Shown here one piece after another: positions 49,144 to 58,467 of a stretch of 64,000 nt of DNA (positions are counted from its first letter, which is position 1; every line of letters begins with the position of its first letter). Made by a program: the position numbers and the translations under genes. The stretch lies in the NCBI GenBank assembly GCA_965371515.1, contig CBDUYR010000007.1, forward strand, positions 1 to 64,000. Reading direction: 5' to 3'. The notes beneath the pieces were generated by a model. It was given only the letters and a program-made list of their open reading frames with translations, was not told the origin of the DNA and did not search any database. This stretch comes from an uncultured bacterium (GTDB lineage: Bacteria > Krumholzibacteriota > Krumholzibacteriia > Krumholzibacteriales > Krumholzibacteriaceae).

Positions 49144-49818
49144 ATGAAATACAAATCGATACCGATACTCATTCTGGCGACAGCGATGTTGTTCTGTGCA
49201 GGTGGTGTGCGGGCGCAGTTCCCCGACACGCTGTTCCTCGAATTAGATTTCGAGGGATTCGGCAATCTCGTTCTGACGTCGCCTCCAGTCTATTCAGGTG
49301 ATGTGGTCTCGGGGGATTCTCGCTTGGTCGGTGCTACCTGGTCCGTCCAGATGGACGATGCCGGCTGGCCCCCTGTGAGCGATCCTACAGCGAGGTGGGA
49401 TTACATCTTCAACACATTCTTCGAGTACAATGCGACGTACAAGTTCTGGACGTCCGTATTCGACCAGAATAACCTGCCTGAAAAGCCTGTCTGGGAGATA
49501 GTCCATCCGGTGAATGGGACGATGAGCGGCACACTGGTAGTATCGTCTACCGTCTCAGACAACGATCAGGACGGAATCCTCGACGTCGAGGAGAGGATGT
49601 TCGGGACGTTCGAGGGTAACTTGATGATCATGAAATTCGGCAGCGGCGAGTTCGCAGTGTACTGCGGCGAAGGAGCTTACAACGGAGCCGCATTCAACGA
49701 CGATCCGGCCAACTGGGCGGACGATTTTGTGACCGGACACTGCATCCTCGATCTGATCAACTGCCAGATCGGTACTGAGGAAAAGAGCTGGAGTTATATC
49801 AAGAAAATCTATCGTTAG
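49144..49818 (+). CDS. Secreted hypothetical protein with a C-terminal SWSYIKKIY tail (paralog 2)
   Basis: Signal peptide ending VRA-Q; shares SPPVxSG, MDDxGWP, RWDxIF and FGxGEFxxxCG with the upstream gene. Confidence 0.82.
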   Translation: MKYKSIPILILATAMLFCAGGVRAQFPDTLFLELDFEGFGNLVLTSPPVYSGDVVSGDSRLVGATWSVQMDDAGWPPVSDPTARWDYIFNTFFEYNATYKFWTSVFDQNNLPEKPVWEIVHPVNGTMSGTLVVSSTVSDNDQDGILDVEERMFGTFEGNLMIMKFGSGEFAVYCGEGAYNGAAFNDDPANWADDFVTGHCILDLINCQIGTEEKSWSYIKKIYR

Positions 49819-49819
49819 G

Positions 49820-50488
49820 TCATTTTGGCCTGAATCCGATCGTTACGCGTACCCACATAGCTGTGGGTACGCCTTTTATTTGACCGGGAATGAACTTGTA
49901 GCTGCGTGCTGCCTCGATGGCAGTATTGTTGAGAGACTCTTGTCGCAACCCTCTGGACAGCCTGATCTCCTCGACTTCCCCCTTTACGTTGACGAAGAGA
50001 AGGAGCTCGACTCCTCCGCTGATCGTCCCGTCGATATCCTTGGGGATGGTGGGCAGGGAGATGTTTATCGGTTTTGGCTCGACCGTTGTCCGTCTAGGTC
50101 CAGGCCTTCCGTCACTTCCGCCTCTCGTGCCTCCACTCTGTATCGGATCGATCGTCAATGAGGGTTCGCCGAGCTCGTCGAGGACAGTTTTATCGCGGTC
50201 CTCATCCTCAGTGTCCGAGGGTTGTTCCTCGACGATGACGGCCTGAGGAAAATCGGGGTAGGGGATGAGGGAGAACGGACTGTTCATGTAGACGAAATCT
50301 GATGTGCCTTCCTCACCCGGTGTCTCCGTCCGGAAGACCTCGAGGTATTCGAGCTTGAAGAAGATGAATACGGCTAGGTGAATGAGGATGGTTGCCCCGA
50401 TGATCAGAAGCCAGCCCTTCCTGCTCCTGCCGTGATTGCGGAGGGGCTTCTTTTCTCGGGCAGCGGTTGTTGTGTCAGACAGGGACAT
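49820..50488 (-). CDS. TonB-family energy transducer (C-terminal domain protein)
   Basis: N-terminal TM with His (LIHLAV); C-terminal GGVELLLFVNVKGEV...LNNTAIEAARSYKFIPG. Confidence 0.8.
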   Translation of the reverse strand: MSLSDTTTAAREKKPLRNHGRSRKGWLLIIGATILIHLAVFIFFKLEYLEVFRTETPGEEGTSDFVYMNSPFSLIPYPDFPQAVIVEEQPSDTEDEDRDKTVLDELGEPSLTIDPIQSGGTRGGSDGRPGPRRTTVEPKPINISLPTIPKDIDGTISGGVELLLFVNVKGEVEEIRLSRGLRQESLNNTAIEAARSYKFIPGQIKGVPTAMWVRVTIGFRPK

Positions 50489-50580
50489 ATAGCCGTCTTT
50501 TTGGAAGGTTTCCTTTTTCAGTTATCATTCGTACTCTTATTAGTATATTATTTCTACGGGATGGTGGCAAGAAAACCACG

Positions 50581-51225
50581 GTGGCTGATTTCATGCGAAG
50601 GATCGAACGCAGAGATATCACGGTGCCCAACGTCCTGACTGTACTCAGGATGTTGATGGCTATGGCGGCAGCGTTGCTGATGATTTTCGGTACCGGTCGC
50701 ATGGTGATTGCCGCCTCGCTTCTGCTCGTAGCCATGCTCCTCGATTATTTCGACGGATGGTACGCAAGGAAATTCCACCAGACGACAAGCCTCGGTGCCC
50801 ATCTCGACCCTTTCGCCGACAAGGTAATGATAGCCGTCATCTTCGTTGCACTGGCCCTCGAGTTGAGGTCTCAGTGGTTCACATTCTTTGTATGTGTGAT
50901 CCTCGCCAGGGAGCTGGTAATAACGCTGTACCGCTGGCGGGTCCACGAGAGGTCCGGAACGCTCGTTCCAGCGAGTCTGCTGGGGAAGGTCAAAACAGTC
51001 GTGCAATGTATTGTGGGAGGGTCCCTGATCTTTTATATTTATCTGTACCCGGGAACGATACCGGAAGACCACCGGGCGATATTTGTTGCCATGCTCCTGA
51101 CGACGTTCGTTACTGTCGATTCGGGTATGAGGTACGTTTTACCGAGCTGCCGGGACGGAAAGAAGCGCTCGGTGGTAGAAAGACTGATACAGCACGTTTT
51201 TGGCGTAGGCGCAAGGGAGGTATGA
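50581..51225 (+). CDS. CDP-alcohol phosphatidyltransferase (PgsA-like)
   Basis: PNVLTVLR; DYFDGWYAR...GAHLDPFADK motif; GKVKT. Start uncertain (50581 or 50593). Confidence 0.88.
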   Translation: MADFMRRIERRDITVPNVLTVLRMLMAMAAALLMIFGTGRMVIAASLLLVAMLLDYFDGWYARKFHQTTSLGAHLDPFADKVMIAVIFVALALELRSQWFTFFVCVILARELVITLYRWRVHERSGTLVPASLLGKVKTVVQCIVGGSLIFYIYLYPGTIPEDHRAIFVAMLLTTFVTVDSGMRYVLPSCRDGKKRSVVERLIQHVFGVGAREV

Positions 51226-51226
51226 T

Positions 51227-51748
51227 CTGGACATCTACGAGGCGATAAGGAACCGGGTCAGTACACGGGCATACCTGCCCGATCCCGTCGAGGAAGAAAA
51301 ACTGGAACGTATACTTGAAGCTGCCAGGCTGGCACCGTCGGGGAAGAACGGCCAGCCGTGGACCTTCATAGTGATCACGGACGCTGATATACGCGAAAAG
51401 CTTGTTCCTGCATGCAAGAACCAGAAGTTCATCGGCGAGGCTCCCGTACTGGTAGCGGTCTGCGGACGGGAAGAACTCGCATACCAGAAGATGGGCGGTT
51501 ACTGGAACAGCCTGCCCGTTGATATCGGGATAGCGCTCGAGCATCTCATGCTCGCCGCCGAGGCCGAGGGGCTCGGGACCTGCTGGATAGGAGCGTTTTC
51601 TGAAGAAGAAGTCAGGGAGATACTCGGGGTGCCTGCCGATGTGAAGATCGTTGCCCTGACGCCTGTGGGTTATCCGGCGGCGGATAAGGTATTCCGAAAG
51701 AGAAAACCTCTGGACGAGATCGTGATGAGGGAGAAATGGGAGCAGTGA
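51227..51748 (+). CDS. Nitroreductase family protein (probable CTG start)
   Basis: The frame extends upstream of the ORF-track start (51371) as (L)DIYEAIRNRVSTRAY...AARLAPSGKNGQPW; GLGTCWIG; GGAGG 6 nt before CTG 51227. Confidence 0.88.
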   Translation: MDIYEAIRNRVSTRAYLPDPVEEEKLERILEAARLAPSGKNGQPWTFIVITDADIREKLVPACKNQKFIGEAPVLVAVCGREELAYQKMGGYWNSLPVDIGIALEHLMLAAEAEGLGTCWIGAFSEEEVREILGVPADVKIVALTPVGYPAADKVFRKRKPLDEIVMREKWEQ

Positions 51749-52173
51749 TGATGAGAAGCAGCCTGAGAACGGCGCTTATTCTCCTGATGACAGGTACCTT
51801 CGTATCCGCCACACAGGCGGGGCTTGCCAGCCCGGGAAGCCAGGAAGATGAAGGATCCGGCGGGACCTGCTTTGCCGAAACGGGCATGCTCGACCTGTCC
51901 GGTCTGGCCGACGACTCCGGTGTCCTCATGCCGCTGACGTGCAGCCTTTCGGCTGCCTCGGCGGCCGATACGCTCGAGACCTACGAGATAGAGCTCGAGG
52001 ATGAAGGAAAGAAGGGGGTCAACTACAAGGCCATAGTCGGTTATACAATAGCCGCGTTGTTTGTCGGCTATATACTCTATGTCATGATCGTTCCCGAAGA
52101 AGAAGAGGTGATAGAGCTGCCACCGATCAAGGATCCACCGATCACTCTGATCACGATCACGTTCGGGGGATAA
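51748..52173 (+). CDS. Hypothetical membrane/exported protein
   Basis: Signal-like N-terminus and one C-terminal hydrophobic segment; TGATG coupling to the nitroreductase. Confidence 0.55.
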   Translation: MMRSSLRTALILLMTGTFVSATQAGLASPGSQEDEGSGGTCFAETGMLDLSGLADDSGVLMPLTCSLSAASAADTLETYEIELEDEGKKGVNYKAIVGYTIAALFVGYILYVMIVPEEEEVIELPPIKDPPITLITITFGG

Positions 52174-54163
52174 TCGCGAAAGTCTTTTTCCCTGTCACCC
52201 ATGATCCCTTCACAAGGTCTTCGATCTTGAGCATAAGAACGTACTTTCCGGGCTCGAGGGAACTCGCGTCCAGCATCAGGGCTTCTGAAGTCGAGCGAGT
52301 ATCGGTACTCTGTACGATCGAGCTTGATAAGTAGACATGCGGCTCCTGTTTTGAAACGCGGACGCTGGCAGTGAGCCAGCTCCATGTCCCGGACGGGCCG
52401 TTCCGATCTTTTGACGAGGTGACGCTCAAGGTCAGCCTGTATCGCGCAAGGTTCTCCTCATTCATCTTCAGATTGTATATCTCGTAGGAAACGCATATTG
52501 AAGATCCAGCCTCGTACGAAGGCAGGGGATCTATCAGTGGCGTGCAGATACCTTCCTTATCCTGCAGGGAGAACCTGATTCCGCTGAGCGAAAGACGGTC
52601 TCCTCCGAGCTCGAGTATGGTCAGCGAGTCCCTGTAAACGGCCCTGCCCGGTGGTTTCCCGCCGGTGATCTCCAGCGCAAAGTTGCTCTCGAGCTGAAGA
52701 GGGGGCAACTCTACGCTGAACGGAAGAACGCGCCAACTGATCGACTTCTTCTCGAAAATATGCAGTGTGTCGGGATCGAAGATGATCTTCTCCGTGAGAA
52801 AAACCTTCCAGTCGTTGTCGAACAGGGTGAAGTACAGCTCGTACTCCCCGTCCCGGAAGTCGAGAGTAGAATCGAGTACGGCCACAGCGAAGTCGACGCG
52901 TGTTTCGTCTCCCGTTCCCCTGAACTGCACGCTCTCGACGCCGACAGGCATGTATCCGTACTCGACAGGAAATGTATACATCTGCTGAATGTTCTGCAGG
53001 ATACCCTCGGTTATCATCGCGTAGTCATGGAACCTGCGGTCGATCGGGATGTGATAGTTGCCGTTGAGGAACTCGTCCTGGAAGAAGAGCAGGAACATCT
53101 TGTCGCCCCGGATGTACGTCCACACCACGAATGGTCCGTCAAGCCCGGATCCGATGTCGAGGAGGATGGACGGCGGCAGCCCGTAGCTGACGAGAGCCCT
53201 TCCGCGAGCGGTGTCGATACCCTCGAGGTCGAGCCTTTCGTTGGTCAGCAGCGCCTCTGTCAGAAAGATCCTTCTGTAATGCTCGAACCTTCGCTCGTTG
53301 AGGACGGTAGCCGGGGTAGGATCGTTCATTATCCAGAACTTCCGGTTGAACTCGGCGCGGTTCCTGTCGTCGAGATTATCGTAGGCGTTTCTTTCGTCCA
53401 TGGGGAGAAGGAGGGATATGTCCTCGTACCAGTACTTTGTTTCTCCATCCATCAGCGCGAGAGCCGAGTCGAATTCAGCCCCGGCCGTCTCGAACCTGGT
53501 CCTGTGCAGGGCGACGCATGCAGAGAGCAGCCGGAACCTGTAAGAATCGGGATAATACTGAGCGCCTGCGCGTGCATAGCCGGCGCATAGGTCGAGACGT
53601 TCCCGCAGATACTGGAGCAGACCGAGATCGAAGAGGGTCTGCTCATGCTTTCCGTATATGTTGTTCGCCCTGCTGTAATACTTTATCGCGTCGTCCAGGT
53701 GCCTGTCCGAACACATGTTCCTGAGGTAGAGGTCTTTCTCGATCCGCCCCCTGTGATACCACGCCTGGAAGCAGCCCGGATCGAGGTCTATCGCACGCTC
53801 CAGCGACCTGCCGGCCGAGCCGATGAACTGTCTCGCGTAGAGAGTCAGACCCCGTTCGACGTGATAGGAGGAATTGTCGGGATCGAGCTCGAGCGCCCTG
53901 TCGATCGCCTGCATCGACCTGAGCCTCGACTCGGGAGTACCCACCGCGCGATAGCAGACGGAGAGCCTGCGGTAGAGCTCGGAGTCGTCCGCGTCAGACC
54001 GCAGAGCCTTCTCGATCGCCATGATCGTGTCAGCAGCGCATTCTTTAAGCTCGTAATCGCTCGTATCGATGAAATCGTCATCCAGGGCAGGCGGATACAT
54101 TCCGCTGCACGAAGTTGCCGTAAATATGAGCACAAGGTAGAGTATTAAAATGCATCTCGGCAA
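52157..54163 (-). CDS. TPR lipoprotein with a GWxTD-like domain
   Basis: Lipobox ATSC; TPRs; FWIMNDPTPATVLNE...HYRR...GIDTARGRALVSYGLP matches the GWxTD domain layout. Confidence 0.75.
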   Translation of the reverse strand: MPRCILILYLVLIFTATSCSGMYPPALDDDFIDTSDYELKECAADTIMAIEKALRSDADDSELYRRLSVCYRAVGTPESRLRSMQAIDRALELDPDNSSYHVERGLTLYARQFIGSAGRSLERAIDLDPGCFQAWYHRGRIEKDLYLRNMCSDRHLDDAIKYYSRANNIYGKHEQTLFDLGLLQYLRERLDLCAGYARAGAQYYPDSYRFRLLSACVALHRTRFETAGAEFDSALALMDGETKYWYEDISLLLPMDERNAYDNLDDRNRAEFNRKFWIMNDPTPATVLNERRFEHYRRIFLTEALLTNERLDLEGIDTARGRALVSYGLPPSILLDIGSGLDGPFVVWTYIRGDKMFLLFFQDEFLNGNYHIPIDRRFHDYAMITEGILQNIQQMYTFPVEYGYMPVGVESVQFRGTGDETRVDFAVAVLDSTLDFRDGEYELYFTLFDNDWKVFLTEKIIFDPDTLHIFEKKSISWRVLPFSVELPPLQLESNFALEITGGKPPGRAVYRDSLTILELGGDRLSLSGIRFSLQDKEGICTPLIDPLPSYEAGSSICVSYEIYNLKMNEENLARYRLTLSVTSSKDRNGPSGTWSWLTASVRVSKQEPHVYLSSSIVQSTDTRSTSEALMLDASSLEPGKYVLMLKIEDLVKGSWVTGKKTFAIIPRT

Positions 54164-54335
54164 CCGAATACCTCCACAACCGGTCTTCCGAACACTTTAA
54201 ATATTATATCACAAGGTGTTAGAGGTCAAGCAGGCCAGGGGGACATCCAGGGGGCTTTCCCGTCCTGCGGGGAACGATAATTGCTTGTAATTCATCGGAA
54301 TAGTACGTTTTGAAACGGTACTGAGGTAAAATCAG

Positions 54336-55787
54336 ATGTCGGAGATGCTGCTCGAAACACTTCCTGTCGGATTCAGGAAACTCGAGGCCATGGTCCACGG
54401 CCTTGCCAGACTCCTGATGCAGAGAAATCTGTTTCCCGATACCCACCCGTCGGTAAAGAACGCCCTCGACGATTTCATGGAGGCACTAAACGCGCTCATC
54501 GATAAAAGGAGTACTGTGGTGCTGAAGGTGAGCGATGGATCCATACGCCTGCTCAATCTGGAAGTCGACATCACCGACACAAACGACAACGCAGTACATT
54601 TTTTGAGGAGAGCGTTGGAAGGTCTCTCTGTCGGGGAGCTCGAGTTTCTTTCAGGGATCGGCCCGGATGAGGCCCTGGCGTTTGTCGAGATCGCAGCAGC
54701 GAGCATCAGGCGAGATGCCTCTATAGACCTTCCTGCGATATGGCGCCGTATAGAGAAGATCAGGATCAGGCATTCGAACAGCGGGAAAGGTGACGCTGCT
54801 GCAAAAGAGAGCCTTCCAGTTGAGGTTGGCAAAAAGGATGATGAACGCCGGGGGAGGGAGGCTTCCGAGAATGTTAGCGCTGCGTCCTCCATGATCAGTG
54901 GCGTGCTCAGCAGACTGGCCAAGATCAGCTCGGACGAGAGCGGCAGGGCGGGAAGGGTAATCATAGAAACGGTCGAGCGCGAGGGCGGAAGCAGTACGAC
55001 ATTCCTTCTACTCAAGTCGCTGAAGGAATACGACGACTATACGTTCGATCATTCGATCAATGTCGCGGTAATCTCCGCAGCGATCGCGCGCCGGCTCGGA
55101 TACTGCGACGAGGAAACGGGACGGATAGGAACCGCCGCGATCTTGCACGACATCGGAAAGCTCTACGTACCAAGAGAGATAATCCACAAGGCAGGCAGGC
55201 TGTCTCCCATCGAATGGCAGAAGATCAAGCGACATCCCGTTGATGGGGAGAGAATTCTCCGCGAAGAGGGAGAGGATGTGCTGGCTCGCCGTGTGGCGTA
55301 CGAACATCACATGCGTTTCGACATGACGGGGTATCCGATGCCCAAGCAGGGCGAGGAATGTCTCGAGGCGAGCAACATTGTGAGGATAGCGGACACATAT
55401 GATGCCCTGACGACGAGACGGCCGTACAGGAAACAGATCAGCCCGTTCGAGGCTCTCAAGCTCATGGAGAAGGGAAGAGGAACGGAATTCCATCCGCAAT
55501 ATTTCGATGTATTCCTCGGGCTGATGGGGAACGTTCCGATCGGGAGCATCCTCGTCCTCGATAGCGGGGAGAGGGTCGTGATCGTCGAGATCGGCGCGAA
55601 CGGGAGACTGCCGAGAGCGAGGGTCATCTCTGACAGCTACGGCAACGAGATAGAGGATGGACCCGTCATCGATCTCGGCGAGACCGACGATGATACAGGA
55701 GCGTCGAAATACAGGGTGCACAGCGTATCGGACAGTCCGGTGAGGAACGTATACATAGGCAAGTATCTCACGGGAAGTGATGACTGA
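54336..55787 (+). CDS. HD-GYP domain cyclic-nucleotide phosphodiesterase
   Basis: YTFDHSINV, LHDIGK, HP, HHMRFDMTGYP, IADTYDALTTRRPYR. Confidence 0.9.
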   Translation: MSEMLLETLPVGFRKLEAMVHGLARLLMQRNLFPDTHPSVKNALDDFMEALNALIDKRSTVVLKVSDGSIRLLNLEVDITDTNDNAVHFLRRALEGLSVGELEFLSGIGPDEALAFVEIAAASIRRDASIDLPAIWRRIEKIRIRHSNSGKGDAAAKESLPVEVGKKDDERRGREASENVSAASSMISGVLSRLAKISSDESGRAGRVIIETVEREGGSSTTFLLLKSLKEYDDYTFDHSINVAVISAAIARRLGYCDEETGRIGTAAILHDIGKLYVPREIIHKAGRLSPIEWQKIKRHPVDGERILREEGEDVLARRVAYEHHMRFDMTGYPMPKQGEECLEASNIVRIADTYDALTTRRPYRKQISPFEALKLMEKGRGTEFHPQYFDVFLGLMGNVPIGSILVLDSGERVVIVEIGANGRLPRARVISDSYGNEIEDGPVIDLGETDDDTGASKYRVHSVSDSPVRNVYIGKYLTGSDD

Positions 55788-55869
55788 CCCCGTAGAAGAT
55801 AAAAGCCCAGGACGATCATCCTCACGTGCGATGATCATCCCGGGCGTCATCCCTTCAGACTGCCGGGCC

Positions 55870-56265
55870 CTAGAGCGTTCCCGGCTTTCCGATCTGCTTG
55901 ATCTTTCCGAATGCGGTCCATGTGTAGGCGATCTTGTCGGACTTGGAATATATGACGAATTCTACCGCTTTCCCGTCCTTGAGCGCGGTGCCAGTCCTCG
56001 CCAGAAAATCCTCTCCGTCTGTGACCGTGATCCAGCCTCTGGGTGCGAATACATCGACTATCGCAGCTTCGGGGTCGATGAGCCTCAGAGCGTAAACATC
56101 GTTACCGGATGCCGTCATCCGGACCCTCACCATGAAGATGCCGTCTTCCATCTGAGTGACGCTCTTGGTGATCCTTGGTGCCGCAGCCATTACGGAATGA
56201 CCGGCGATCGCAATGAGCAGCACAGCGGCGGAAACGACTATCGCTCTTTTACTGAGTGCGGACAT
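55870..56265 (-). CDS. Small exported hypothetical protein
   Basis: Signal peptide (VMA-A); SD AGGGAG; beta-rich mature part. Confidence 0.65.
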   Translation of the reverse strand: MSALSKRAIVVSAAVLLIAIAGHSVMAAAPRITKSVTQMEDGIFMVRVRMTASGNDVYALRLIDPEAAIVDVFAPRGWITVTDGEDFLARTGTALKDGKAVEFVIYSKSDKIAYTWTAFGKIKQIGKPGTL

Positions 56266-56390
56266 TTTATTATCTCCCTTTTGGTTACCAGCGTTGCATG
56301 ATTTAGAGCGTGAGCGAATACGCTCAATACCTTGCCCTGCACATAATTATTATAGCACATCGGAATATTTATGTCGAGAGGGTAAAATAG

Positions 56391-56419
56391 TTCAAGTCGT
56401 GGGAATTGACTGGTATAAT
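56391..56419 (+). promoter_or_regulatory. Candidate sigma70 promoter of the response regulator
   Basis: TTCAAG, 17 nt, TATAAT with a TGn extension. Confidence 0.5.
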
Positions 56420-56512
56420 GGCATGTAACTTTCAATGCAGGTGCATGTACCCGGACGGGGATGCACTTCCGGGAGAATCGAAATACGATATCTATTAGAG
56501 TGAAGGACTTAC

Positions 56513-56875
56513 ATGTCTCATAAGATTATGATTGTCGATGACGAGATGCATCTTGCACGTATACTGCAATTCACCCTCGAACATGAAGGCTACGATGTTG
56601 TAACGGCTTTTGACGGCAGGGAAGGCCTGGATACACTCGAGCGTGAGGCGCCCGACCTTGTTATCCTCGACCTGATGCTCCCGGTGGTGGACGGCTACAA
56701 GATCTGTAATATAATCAAGAACAGTGACAGGTTCAGGGACACCCCGGTGATCATACTCTCCGCCAGAGACTTCGCCAGGGAAGAGCTCGACGAGCCGCTG
56801 AACGCGGATCTCCTCATGGAGAAGCCATTCAACACAGAGCATCTGCTGGATGAAATATCCAGGCTGTTGGGATAG
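56513..56875 (+). CDS. Single-domain response regulator (receiver only)
   Basis: IVDDE, ILDLMLP, LSAR, KPF; 120 aa. Confidence 0.93.
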   Translation: MSHKIMIVDDEMHLARILQFTLEHEGYDVVTAFDGREGLDTLEREAPDLVILDLMLPVVDGYKICNIIKNSDRFRDTPVIILSARDFAREELDEPLNADLLMEKPFNTEHLLDEISRLLG

Positions 56876-56879
56876 AAAC

Positions 56880-57515
56880 CTAGACTGGCTGCATGAACAG
56901 CGCATCGTCGGTTCCGCTGCTGCCGGTTGATTTGTCATCACCGCTCGCAGAATCCATACATATAAGCCGTTTTTTCTCCACTAACATCTTTTCGATGGAG
57001 GCCCTGATCTCGGCGGTTCCCGGTCCGGAGAGGGCGATGAGAATCTTCTCGAGAGCGTCTATCTCGTGCTTTTCTCTCTCACGCGTCTCGTGGACAACGG
57101 TATTCCACGTAGCTTCGAATTCGCCGAACGGTCCGGACTCGTGGGTCTCGGGCGTTTCGGGGTATCTGTTTTCGGTCGCCTTTCTCAGGCCGGTCATGAC
57201 GATGCCGAGCGAGGCGAACATCTTCGAGGTGATTATCCTGGAAAGGACCCAGAAAGACGCGATGATGACAGCAACGAATCCGATCGTGTTGACGACGAGC
57301 ATTGACTTGAGTTTCGTCACGATCGGTGCGAGTTCCGGAACCTGAGTGGTGACAGCCGTCTCACTCGATACGAGAGCGAAGTAGAAAGACATGCCAAACG
57401 CGAATGCCACTGCACTGGAACTGAGCAGCACAATCAGCCCGCTTCGCATCCTGACTCCGGAAGTCATGTCATTCGAATAAGCGTAACCTTTGTTCATATC
57501 GTCAGTAACAGGCAT
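56880..57515 (-). CDS. Hypothetical two-TM membrane protein with a HAMP-like region
   Basis: Two hydrophobic segments followed by a helical region; start uncertain. Confidence 0.6.
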   Translation of the reverse strand: MPVTDDMNKGYAYSNDMTSGVRMRSGLIVLLSSSAVAFAFGMSFYFALVSSETAVTTQVPELAPIVTKLKSMLVVNTIGFVAVIIASFWVLSRIITSKMFASLGIVMTGLRKATENRYPETPETHESGPFGEFEATWNTVVHETREREKHEIDALEKILIALSGPGTAEIRASIEKMLVEKKRLICMDSASGDDKSTGSSGTDDALFMQPV

Positions 57516-57619
57516 TTTAAACCCCCTGTTATATCGTGCCCGAAGGAAGGGCACGATTTGCCATATTTCGAGGCGCACCGTTCCGACAGCAAATTATCAA
57601 TAAATGTGCCAGAAATCGC

Positions 57620-58390
57620 CTAGCGGGGGGTCAGGAAGTAATCTATCGCCGCCTGCAGTTCGTCCGTGTCGATCGTAGTATCGGTGCAGGGTCCTGCCGG
57701 ACGCGTGTTTGGAATGCCTATTACGGGGATCTTCGGCGCGACGTCCTGGATCCCGGCGATAAGATCCCGCTCGCATGCCACCGCGACGATTGCTCCGGGA
57801 GAGGTGTCGTTTATGATCTTTCTTGCCTCGGTACCGCCGGGAGCTGTATGGAGCCTGACCTCTTCGTAGCGGGAACAGATCTCCCTGGCCCTCGAACGTA
57901 TGTCGGCGCGAAGGCATCGCGGAAAGAGGACAAGGACAGGGCCCGGTCCCCTGCCAGGGGCGGTCAGCTCGTTCGAGACACGGATGAACGAATGGCTCAG
58001 TCTGTCCCTGGAGATCCCCACCGATGCCGCGAGCCTGGTGACGATTGGGAGCATGATAAAAAAGAGTCTGCTCCCTCGAGTGAGACAGACGTTCATGTAC
58101 CGCCTGTTCCAGATCACCGCGACGACGAGCACTACGTACCAGACCACGAGGAAGAGAGCGGCCGAGCCGAGGGAGCCGGTGATGACCAGAGCCCAGACGC
58201 GGCCGAAGGATTCGAAGCGCGGCAGGACCAGATACCAGAACAGCAGGACTATCATGACGAAAAGCGCCAGAACTACGAGGGAGAGGTAGAGAAATGTACT
58301 CCTGCTCTCCGACGTGTTATTATCCTGCTGCCTGCCGTCCCAGTCGAGCCACTCGTCGCCGAGCACCCTCTTCTTTCCATCTTTAGACAT
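57620..58390 (-). CDS. DUF116-domain membrane protein
   Basis: N-terminal TMs; PRCL, PGGTEAR, AVACERDL, GPCTDT. Confidence 0.8.
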   Translation of the reverse strand: MSKDGKKRVLGDEWLDWDGRQQDNNTSESRSTFLYLSLVVLALFVMIVLLFWYLVLPRFESFGRVWALVITGSLGSAALFLVVWYVVLVVAVIWNRRYMNVCLTRGSRLFFIMLPIVTRLAASVGISRDRLSHSFIRVSNELTAPGRGPGPVLVLFPRCLRADIRSRAREICSRYEEVRLHTAPGGTEARKIINDTSPGAIVAVACERDLIAGIQDVAPKIPVIGIPNTRPAGPCTDTTIDTDELQAAIDYFLTPR

Positions 58391-58467
58391 AACCGTTTCC
58401 GTCGATGTGAATAACCTTTTCAGAATGTACTGGAATGGGGTTTAATCTTCAACAGGATTAACCCGGT

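Noticed and set aside
55777..56301. 174-aa plus-strand ORF after the HD-GYP gene
   Set aside because: Overlaps the minus-strand ORF 55870-56265, which has a clear SD and signal peptide; no motifs.
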